NCBI RefSeq assembly: GCF_006345805.1
Contig: NC_043019.1
Location: 8,555,360 to 8,619,359, forward strand
Reading direction: 5' to 3'
Origin: Octopus sinensis
Taxonomy: Eukaryota
Length of the DNA stretch: 64,000 nucleotides
Shown here: piece by piece, positions 52,541 to 64,000 of the stretch
Layout: each line of letters begins with the position of its first letter
How positions within the stretch are numbered: the first letter of the stretch is position 1
Made by a program: the position numbers and the translations under genes
Notes under the pieces: generated by a model
Told to the model about the DNA's origin: nothing
The model's database searches: none
The model's input: the letters and a program-made list of their open reading frames with translations, nothing else

Positions 52541-53057
52541 AACAAGTATGGACTTGACAGAGAAAAAATTGTACTGCCACACACTGAAGGCATTGTCGAA
52601 AATTGAAATGCAAAGATTCTATGGAATTTTATGATTCAGTGCGACCATGAGATTGAGAATAGGAAGCCGGACATAGTCTTAATTGAGAAAGAAAACAAAC
52701 TCTGCTGGATCATAGATATAGCATGTTCAGCTGACAACAGGGTATGCGATAAGGAAGAATGAAAAGTCGAGAAATATGACAGGTTAGCTTGGGAAGTTAA
52801 ACAGTTATGTTCGATGAAAAAGGTAGCAGTAGTACCAATAATTGTCGGAACCCTGAGAAGAGTGAGCTAAAATCTCGAGATGTTCGTGGAAGACATAGGG
52901 ACTGCAATAAGAGTGGAGCACTTGCAGAAACAGCGTTGCTTGGAACTGCTCGAATACTCCAGAAGGTGCTCGAAAAGTAAGAGGTGTTACCTTAGTTCAC
53001 TGGTAGTGAAAAGCTGACACTGTAGTACATCTCCAGCGTTAGAAGCTGTGCAAAGGC
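52541..53057 (+). mobile_element. 5'-truncated R4/Dong-type (RLE) non-LTR retrotransposon 3' end
   Basis: NAKILWNFMIQCDHEIENRKPDIVLIEKENKLCWIIDIAC...KVEKYDRLAWEVKQL...VVPIIVG...LQK(fs)TALLGTARILQKVLEK*. This is a PD..D restriction-like endonuclease with three stops and one frameshift, a ~77-bp 3' UTR and then (AAT)n. Confidence 0.85.
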
Positions 53058-54559
53058 AATAATAATAATAATAATAACAATAATAATAATGATGATGATG
53101 ATGATGATGATGGTAGTGGTGGCGGTGGTGGGTTTGGTGGTGGTGGTGATGGTGGTTGTCTTTATGATGATAAAATTGTAATTCAGTGGAGGGTAAGTAG
53201 TGAGAGTAATAGCTCAGATTGAGAAGGAGTGAGAGAACGTAACATCAGTGAGAGAAATGAAAGGGTGGTAGATATGAATAAGGAAGGAAGGGGTGAAGAA
53301 AATTAGTGTTTCCGTTCTGTGTGAGCATATGTGTGTATGTGTGTGCGTGTACAAGGGAAGTATGTGAATGTTTGTACCTGTGATTTTTATGTACCTTATT
53401 TCGTACCATCTTGATATATGCAATACTACAATTAGTGGTCAGTCACTAATGAAAGGGAGATGTGATTAAATGGCGTTCAGTGCATGTTCATCCCATCATT
53501 GTTCCCAGTAATTCAATAGTTTAGTGTACAGTGGACAACATTTCCTTTTTTGAGAGTATAATTGAGGTTTGAGGACATTTGGATAATATGTCCATCAAAC
53601 GAAGTCACTACATAGAAGCCATCGCATTGGCTAATTCTTAATGCCGTCGTCATTGTTGATGATTTCGACTGGTGTCTTGTACACTCTCCTCTCTCAGACG
53701 TGATCAGTTAACCTATGATCAAAAGCGTTCCAGCCGTGAAAAACTCTTCTTATTTCAATATCCAGGGAGCAGATGTGCATTATACAAAATGGCCATAAAT
53801 ATATACAATAGGTTGTGATTTGACTGACATTTGATTGCTATACCTAACACATCGAATAGACTTTTGTTGTAAATGTTAATAGTACGGTTATTGTTTATCA
53901 TCGACCTGATGCCGTGTTGTCCTTTTATTAGTTCTCTTCTCCATTTTTTTCTTCTGTTTAATATCAATTTTGTTCGGATTTTTTCTTGGTTTTTCAACTG
54001 TTTTGATATGCTTATATTTTTCGCATTACTCACTTGCTTTTTTTTTTCTTTCATTTTTCTCGCCTTACCACTTTCTTTCAAGATTCTATTTTATTGCGAC
54101 GCGTTAATATACGACCATATTATTATAGATGCTATCACAGTCTCCAAACAATAGCTGTCTTGGAGAAATTCCTAATGGAAAAGAAGAATGTTTCAGCATA
54201 TTGAAACTGATATTATATTCTAGAATTTAATAAAGATGTACTCAGAGGTCTGAGATATTTATTATTTTCTTTTTTCGTTTTGGTTATATTAATGCTTCTA
54301 TATTGTCTTCTGTTGACATCTTTGTCAAATTGGTAGCAGCACAAAAGTGGTTTGGTTAATTCATAGAACTACCAACCTTTTTAAACAGAAGAGCGTAATT
54401 ATGTCACGAAATTTGGTCTTATATTTCTTTGAAATTCTGTTATATTATATCTCATACAATACATCACTTCGTTCTATGATTCATATTCTATATAAGCGTA
54501 TGTGTAATATGCGTATATATGTATATGTCTATATATATATGTATGTATATATATATATA

Positions 54560-54611
<52 letters not shown>

Positions 54612-55276
54612 GTGTGTGTGTTGTGTGTGTATATATATATATATATATGTGTGTTGTATGTGTGTGTATGCGTGTTTGTGTGTATTATATATATATATAT
54701 ATATATATGTACAGTGATTGACATTCAATTACACATACACCACAACAGCGCTTTCTCTGATTTTTAAAACATCCACTCTACTTTACTTTAAAGAAGTTGG
54801 TTTATGTTACAGAGTTTTGAGATTATCATCAGCCTGTTCAAGACACCCAGCAAGAGCAAATCTCCTCGTTCACTTCCTCCTTTTCATTGCCATCCTCCTT
54901 TTAAACATCTTCATCTTCGTCAGTTGCCAAACTTCCTTCTGGCAACAATGTTCTATACACCTTTATATTATTCGATATCTGCCTAAAACATTTTGGAAAA
55001 ACAAACAGTACTATGATATTCTCGAAACCAAAATACATTGATTTAAGTCTCGTCGACGAAAGAGGGAAAAGGAATCCGGACAGATGACCATCCACCCATA
55101 TTACTCATCTCCTGTTATATCATGCATCTTTCTATAAACACTATGTCTCTCTGGCATCCTATTACATTTCCTGACGTATCTGCTTATTGTTTTTCATTCA
55201 CTCTATCACACGCCTATATATATCTATATATATACAGACAGACATACATCTATAACACACATACACACACACACGC

Positions 55277-55316
<40 letters not shown>

Positions 55317-55416
55317 ATATATATATATATATGTATATACATATATTGCATATATATATTTATATACATATATATATATATATTTATACACATACATATA
55401 TATATATATGTTATAT

Positions 55417-55448
<32 letters not shown>

Positions 55449-55951
55449 AATAAGAGCCAGCTATATTAGACACAAAGATACATTCAAATGTTCACATGCA
55501 GTCTAATATACTTATATATACATGCATGTTTATACATTCCTCGCACATATCCTACTATTCCCTGTTGCTTTCACTCCTATACTTTACGACTCACACTCTC
55601 TCACTCTTTCTCACGTTGTGCCCTACTCTCTCACTTTCTCCAGCTGACTCTTACATAAATATCTCTCTCTCTCTCTCTGGTCTCGTACCAACCACTGACG
55701 TCACACGTCATATTATTCATTGTATAATAAATCTCTTTATATTCTTCCTTTGAACTTTTGCGTCTTAGAAGGTCTTACCACATTTAAATACATTCGCCTT
55801 CCATAACACACAATCTTAGCAGACAAACATATATATATATATACATGCATAGATGCACACAACATACATATATTTATACACATATATATGTTAAGTATAT
55901 ATGAATATACATACATTTATGCATATATATAATATATATATATCTATATAT

Positions 55952-55986
<35 letters not shown>

Positions 55987-56178
55987 TATATAGCAATTCC
56001 ATTTAGTGTTAATCTGATTTTGTTATGTGTATGTTATAGGATACCCTGTCTAACGCACTGTCGCATATATTGATATATAAATATATTCACATAAACATAC
56101 AAACATGAATATATGCATCCGTATACATATGTATACAGTATTTATAAATATATGTATATACGTACATATACATATATA

Positions 56179-56222
<44 letters not shown>

Positions 56223-56787
56223 GAATATATAATGTATGTATGCGTACACACTCAAAAACATACACACCACAAACCCACAGAAGCAAACACCATGTACTCA
56301 CGGAAACACACACACTTACACGCATACACGCTGAGACACACCCACACATACACTCATATAATATATAATATATATAATATATATATATCACATATATATC
56401 ACATATATATATGTACATATATTCATTTGTACGCAGCTATGCATATGTGCAAAAGTTCATATGCAGGTTTGATAAATATAAGATGGCGATAGATATGGTT
56501 GCGGCTTGTAAACTCTGGTGATAAAGACAAGCTTTATACCAAGCAATATGTCTGAATCGCTCATAAGATGGCAATAGAAATGTTATTTGATTTTGTGTAT
56601 ATTGATCGAAAACACATGAAGATATCCAATATCAGCGTTTATTATGAATTTGCCACAGAAGAGGACTCGCTATAGATGTTTTATTCCTGTTATAATCATA
56701 CTTGCATAAACACTCATGCACAAACAAACATAGATACACACACACACAACACAGATATATATATATTATATATATATATATATATAT

Positions 56788-56833
<46 letters not shown>

Positions 56834-57049
56834 CATCATAATTACATATATATACATATACATAATATATATGTAATTCTATGTGTATATTTGTATGGTG
56901 TTTATAGCGTGTGTATATGCACTAATAGATATGGGAATTCGTCGCCCCACCCCCTTCCAGACGTGTCTGTATATATTTAGGTAAAAATCTGTATTGAAAA
57001 TCTCTTTACAACCCACCTACCTGACGAAAGGTGTCTCCATCTCAAGATG

Positions 57050-57088
57050 AATGTATATATATATGGATGCATGCATATATATATATTA

Positions 57089-57121
<33 letters not shown>

Positions 57122-57288
57122 CTTATCATATATATTTGTATGTATGTATACATATATATACATATGTATATATATATATATTATATATATACCTATGTAT
57201 ATATATATATATATATACATATGTATATATGTATATACATATGTATATATATATATATATATATATGTATATTATATATATATATATA

Positions 57289-57324
<36 letters not shown>

Positions 57325-57337
57325 TATATATATATAT

Positions 57338-57395
<58 letters not shown>

Positions 57396-57410
57396 GCATA
57401 TATATTAATA
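57050..57410. repeat. Long interrupted (TA)n microsatellite
   Basis: Direct inspection. Confidence 0.9.
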
Positions 57411-59966
57411 ACATATATAGACACATATATAGACACATATTCACAAGAAATTGTATTTCCTTTCTATTTCGAATGGTCAAATATATTCTTTGTTGTTCTT
57501 TAAGCGCTGTGGGCTGCTGCGTCAGATCTCTCGTTACCTTTTCCGCGAGTCTGTCTAATCTTTGGAATATCACAGCTTTTATTTTCTCCTTTTTTTATTA
57601 ATACTTATGCTATATTAAATAACCTTCGATATAATATTTATTTCTTGTCAGACTGGAAGTATCATACTTTGCACATCACTAAAGTATACATATTTATGAT
57701 GGCAAAATTCAATTTGATACACATACATGTAATAAATATACATTAAACAATATTATTTTAAACTGTCCTGAAATGATTTTCATTCCTGGCCAGTTGCTCA
57801 ATAGTAACGATCTATCATCTTCTCAAAATCCGTTGTAATATTTCCATTTCATCAATAGAATGGTGGCGTCGCTCTACTTGTTCATTGATTGTCTCACGAA
57901 TATTTTGTCGTGTATTGATATTTTTTATGGATTTCAAGAGATTAGAGGAGGTACATTTTTCCGCACACCCGAGTGCTACTGTATTAATATGAAAGATTTC
58001 ATTAATCCCCTGGAATTATATTATTCCATCGATCCTTTTGTAATGCGTATTTTAAAACGTGGAATTTTTTTTTTTTTTTTCGAATCTTGATATATTTTAT
58101 GTTTGTTAAAAAACTCATAAATGCTAGAAGCCTACCTGACCCGCGGCCCCTCAAGGTCCTTTTGCTTTGCAGCATAATATGTAAGAGTTGGTTTTAGAAA
58201 TGTACTGCAAGACTCTCTAACTGATGTTATCCGTTGCCTAACCAAAATATTTCAATGAAATATGTTTAAAATTGATGAATTGTAAAAACATCCTGGAATG
58301 AATTTAGGGGACAAGTTGCAACTGTTCAGTTCTTGCAGATATGAGAGATCTGCGTTTCCATTCACGTCAAATGATAATCTTATGTTTCCTTGGATCACCA
58401 GTATTTTCTAGATATTCTTTGAATTCTTATTAGTATTCCTGGAACTATCTCATCTATTGACCATTAAACTGTTGACTACTATTTTGAAGATTATGAGGGA
58501 TTGTAAGTAGAGCCTAATCTGGTTATAAACTGTCATATTTAGGTAGATGGAACAGACAAATGGCAATCATAACTTGAATTTTTTTTTTATAAATCTCAAT
58601 GTCACTCATGTGTCATTTCATGAATCAATCATGTAGTGCCAATTGGATGCTACATGTTAGTTTTCTGAAGGTTTCGTTAGTTCTGTTGAGTTTACAAGAA
58701 GAAAGAAGAATCCATTTGCTTTAAAGTATGGTGGCAAATCAAAATTTCGTTTCGATAGCTTTCGTGCTTACACATTTGAGTCAGAAATTTCAGGCAGGAT
58801 AAATTTTTTTCTTCTCTTTAGATAAGTCCGTGATAAAATAGATTCAGTAAATAATATTATCTGAATGGTTGGTTCCTCAGACAAGCTTTCAGGATTCCAA
58901 GCAGTACAACATCATCACGAAATGCATTGTATTGGGTACATTAATTAATTAATCATTTGGACAAACACTTTAACGATAATATGTTCTCACCATTTAATTG
59001 TTAATGCAAACTGCATTGACCGTAGAATTCAGTTCGTCTCTCAGTACTTTACGTGAAAAGGTGAGCCATTCTTTCGGTTGACAACTTCTATTGTCATAGA
59101 AGTATATATGGCATACTTTCAAAGGATCCATTGATTTAATTCGTGTAACTGCCTTTGTTGTAAAACACAAGGAACAGATCGTTAATTGTTTAGGCATTCG
59201 AGTAGCCTGCTACTTCTACAGTAACAATGTGAATTAACATTTCATAACTATTCTCAAAATATAATTATAAACTCATAAATGTGGCAATATTCAAAACTGC
59301 GATCAAATGGAATATAGCGTAAACTCTTGAGATCATCTTCCAATACACTTTAGATGTAAAGGAAATATTTTCAGCACTTACATATACATAAATAACATAT
59401 ATATAAATATATATATATACATATACTCTCTCTCACACACACACACACACATCACATATATATATGCGTGTATAGGTGAATGTCTCGACTGCCTTCTGTT
59501 GGGGAACCTTCTTCTACATATAAATATATACTGAAGGCTTATTATACAATGTAGACTTAACAAGCGCGGATTCCGAATGATAAAAATAGCGGAAAGGCAT
59601 GCATTTCATGCATAGAGCTTTTGTGTATTTGCATAACGAGTCGTCCACTTCATTTTATTATTGCGTAGGCACTCACGATTCACTGTATAACTTATGCTCA
59701 ACTTGCTACACTGTCTGAAACCGTGTATTCTAAAAGACAAATTATGTAAACACGTAGATTCGTGCACCTATACGACATTTAAGGTTGCAAAATATGGATT
59801 CATTCTTACCTAAAGGCAAATAAGCTAATGGATTTAGGACAGACACGCAGACGCCAAGGTTTCAAGTGATATTACATACAAAAGATGCGAGACAGATCAC
59901 TGTTGGATTGTTAGAGCAGTAGCGAGATGGATTGGGCTTGAACTGCCTGCACCTCACCAACTTGGC

Positions 59967-59997
<31 letters not shown>

Positions 59998-60029
59998 TAT
60001 ATATATATATATTATATATATATATATAT

Positions 60030-60206
<177 letters not shown>

Positions 60207-60351
60207 AGATACATACATACATAGACATCACAACTTTAGCTAATATATAAAATCTTTTAACCTCAAGTAGAGGAAAAGTTTTCAAGTCATAGACTAAAGA
60301 TTTCTGTGAGAATATATCAGACATACGTATTTTAAAGCAGTGATATAGTAA

Positions 60352-60570
60352 AAACGTTAGCACGCTGGGCGAAATGCTTAGCGGTATTTCGTCTGCCGTT
60401 ACGTTCTGTGTTCAAATTAAAGCCGAGGTCTGCCTTGCCTTTCATCCTTTCGGGGTCAATAAATTAAGTACCAGTCACGCACTGGGATAAATGTAATCGA
60501 CTTAATCACTTTATTTGTCCTTGTTTGTCCCCTCTATATTTAGTCCATTGTGCGCAATAAAGAAATAAGA
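60352..60570 (+). mobile_element. SINE family B (well preserved)
   Basis: aaacgttagcacgctgggcgaaatgcttagcggtatttcgtctgccgttacgttctgtgttcaaatt...cctttcatcctttcggggtcaataaattaagtaccag...aataaagaaataag. Confidence 0.85.
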
Positions 60571-60770
60571 AACATTAGCACGGAGGTCGAAATGTTTGGT
60601 GGTATAGCATCTGTCTTTATGTCCTTAATTCAAACTCCGCCGAGGTTGACTTTGCCTTTCATCATTTCGGGATCAAGAAAATAATTACCAGTTGTGTACT
60701 GGGGTCGATCAAATCGACTGAGCACCTCCCCAAACATTTCGGGCCTCGTGCCTAGACTGGAAAAGAAAAT
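60571..60770 (+). mobile_element. Second SINE family B copy in head-to-tail tandem, with a different tail
   Basis: aaacattagcacgg...ttcaaactccgccgaggttgactttgcctttcatcatttcggg...gtactggggtcgat...cctccccaaacatttcgggcctcgtgcctag. Confidence 0.75.
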
Positions 60771-63700
60771 ATCATACATAATGAAGATTTTGTTGACAAA
60801 GACTTAACACTAGCGTCAGTCGTTTGCTTTGTGTCTGTAGCACTACAGTATGCACAAATGTATTACTACTGATATAAACCACACACACACACATACACGC
60901 ATACATATACATTCAAGTTATATGACTGTATACAATAGTAAAAAAGCGGTAGAATATGAAATGGAAAATGCGGAAGAGGAGACACAAAAGACAGAAGCGT
61001 GGGCAGAGATAAGCTTATCATTTGGTGAATATAAACAACGCTGCTTACGAGAGTTACAATATTTGAATGGAGAGAGAATATATGGTCAGGCTGTGTCTGT
61101 AGGTGATTGTAAAAAATGTGTCATTTGTAGGATTATGGGAATAACTTCGACAGACTGAGAGAAAGAGAAAGTGAGAGAGGAAAGTTGAATTCAGCTGATT
61201 ACAGGTATTGCAGACTGGCAAGGGGACACAAGATACAAAACAATACAGAAAACATGAACATAGAAGCATGCATAAACAAGACGAAGAGAAGGTAGGCAAC
61301 AGGTAAATATATATATATGTGTGTATATGTGTATGTGTGTGTGTGTGTGTTATTTAGAGGTAGCAGTCCCATGCAAAATATACATCACACCATATAAAAG
61401 AATTTGATTTTAATACTTACTAATCATTTCTAAAATTTCTCTGCTACACGTGTTTCTTGAGGTTCTTTTATCGTTCCTTAAACACGCACTCTTTTACAGG
61501 AACATTTCTTAAAACATAACCCCAATCGTCAGGCCTCTTAATACCAATTTCTACATTTTAATATTTTAACAGTTACGAATGTAATTAACAGACAAATACG
61601 CATATGTGCAAATAAATTGGCCGAACCTTGCATATGGCTTGCACAGGATCACAATTTGATTAAGTAAATCAGTTGTCTAAAATTTCTCACACACTTTAAT
61701 GTCACCTTTCAAATACGACATTTCATGTGAAACAACTTAATAGTAATGTGAAGGTAGAAAACCAGGAGAAGCGAAACCATTTTGTCTTCATAGACGTTAC
61801 TTGAATAGTAAGCGAATACGGTGGAAAGATTTTTTTAAAATGAAGAATATCTCTTTGACTGCTTTTCTGTAATAGAAAGATGAAAATCGCAGACTGACTG
61901 TTGCCATCGATTATATATATCCAACACTTATTCTGAAGGATTTAAGGGATGCTGCTTCAAACAATTGAAACCTTCCTTATAATGGTGACTCTAACTTAAT
62001 GTTTGGTTTATCGAAATCGCCTCTTTTAACATTTGGTTATCAAAATAAAATTATGCAAAGTGTTTCTATTCTCCTACAAGCAGAATATATGGTAATTTTG
62101 TGGGTCGAATTTCTTTAAAATTTCTCGATCATTCTCAGACGTTTCTTTAGGTCTTGTTAATATTCTATGAATATTTAACAATCTGATTTGTTTTGAGTCT
62201 TTTGTCTTTCAATAAGTTAAGCATTATTGACAGGCATTTCCCTGGCGATTACAATGGACTTTCGTAACGAGATTCCTTTTCCTTCTTCATTACAAAACAA
62301 CTCAAAATTTTTGGTCCATTGAATATAGTAAACATTTTCATTTTATTTGCTTTAGTCACCAATTCTCTATCCTTGCATCATCCTCCCAATATAGTTTGGT
62401 CAATCTCCCTACTTAACTTTACTTTTCTTCCTCGTATTTATTCTGCTGTAAATTTTTCATCGTCCAATATATATCCAGCCATTGTATAAAGTTTAATACG
62501 TCTTTCTTTCTCCAGCTTTTTTTCGTTTTCCTCCTCTCACCCTTTCAACCAGTTATTTATTTATTTATTTATTCAATTTTCACTGTCTTGCTTATATTTT
62601 AAAGTCACTCTTCATAATTATTTGCTTCCTCTATTACAATATTGTACCTAGCACGCCTATATTTTTCTTTGATTATAGAAACGTCAATTTTAGGATATTT
62701 CTCTCGCTTCTGCCTCCATGTCGTCACCGATTTCTCTCCCTTTCTGCTGTATAATTTTTCTCATCCTTCACTTCTGCCCTTACTTTAGGCCTTCTGCATG
62801 GAGAACATGCTCTCTCCATCAATCACGTTACCTTCTATTATTTCAATTTTGCCAAGCAATATATTTTAAATAGTTAAATGATTCACATAATATCGTTGGT
62901 GAACTTCACATTCAGTTACACCCCCTAGCTTAGAATCTGAACGCAAATAACCAATGGTTTGAGTATCTCGTGTATATACGTTTTTGCCAAATACAAACAC
63001 CCGAAGGTACCTCGAAAACTAATGGGCAATAGGTATTTAAATGACAAGATCAATCCCTCAATTACCTTTATTAAACGGGAATCACAATTGTCTGTTACTA
63101 ACGCTCTACAGAATATTAAGATTGTGGTAAACATAAAAGTGCTTCTTTTATCATTTCCAAAATTTACGACTGAACCTTTAGAAAACTTTAAAGATTTACA
63201 CAATCTGCCTGCTTAGTTTCACGCCTGTTATATTAGTTATTAGATCCGTATAATTTAAAGACACCAGCAGAATCTATTACGCTATAGGAAAGGCATAGTA
63301 ATAAGTTCTGTACTGTGTAGAAAGAACTGAATGTTTGTGAGTTTAAGAACGTTTTTTTTTTTTTTGTGCATGCTTGTCTCTATAATAAATTCTACTTTTC
63401 TCTCGGCAGTGTGTTCCAGGAATGTCGGATTATTAAGTGTCCAATAGGAATATCAGCATGGGAAAATGAAATTAAATATTTAAGAAAAACGAAACCGTGT
63501 AAAAACGAAAGTACAGAAGAATAACGAATAAAGTTATACTTTGAAATATGACAGACAGATATGAATAAATATATATATGTTTATATATAAACGAAAACCA
63601 AGTAACACATTATGTTTATCAATACATCGTCATAGCAATAACAGCCGCTGTCAGTCGGTGGAAGAGCTACACATCCACCACCACCACCAACAACAACACC

Positions 63701-63803
63701 AACAACTGCAGCTATAAATTTCGTAGCAACAAGAAATACAAGCGATGCTGACAACTCCATATGAAAAGATTATGTAAAGCATATTCATACTTCTGCATAG
63801 GCA

Positions 63804-63804
<1 letters not shown>

Positions 63805-63886
<82 letters not shown>

Positions 63887-63934
63887 TACATATGTACATG
63901 TACATACATGTATACATATATATATGTACGTATG

Positions 63935-63965
<31 letters not shown>
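63805..63965. repeat. (TA)n microsatellite
   Basis: Direct inspection. Confidence 0.9.
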
Positions 63966-63971
<6 letters not shown>

Positions 63972-64000
63972 CTATTTGTAATATGTGCCCGACTGTCCAT

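Noticed and set aside
54840-54945. LPEGSLATDEDEDV on the minus strand as a piggyBac N-terminal relic
   Set aside because: It is a short low-complexity acidic match with no TTAA/TIR support.
62050-62850. Possible very old LINE linker/RT start on the minus strand
   Set aside because: Only loose hints (WRQKREK, DPQNY) in purine-rich sequence; not supportable by eye.

Overview
This is an AT-rich eukaryotic non-coding window, dense in microsatellites ((TA)n, (CA)n, (GATA)n, (AAT)n, (CAT)n) and transposon relics. The SINE families look like ones I recall from octopus genomes, so the taxon is an inference. I can support no host protein-coding exon, and most ORF-track entries are microsatellite translations. 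Recognisable elements: three degenerate mariner copies plus a terminal fragment; a 5'-truncated CR1-group LINE (39871-41306, -); a Tx1/L1-type RT fragment; an R4/Dong-type restriction-like-endonuclease 3' end; a probable Chapaev3-type transposase relic; a non-autonomous Helitron; two MITE-like elements; about 20 tRNA-derived SINE pieces; and a 100-N gap flanked by a ~1 kb, probably false, duplication. The most notable signal is a set of type I hammerhead ribozyme (HHR) motifs of the kind known from Penelope-like element (PLE) termini. One is a perfect 132-bp palindrome (15276-15407) encoding the same near-canonical HHR on both strands. There are also several fold-back inverted duplications anchored in (TA)n tracts, two visible SINE/LINE shared 3' tails (one with compensatory stem changes), and complete strand polarity of the long (GATA)n arrays. 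All classifications were made by eye, without database searches.
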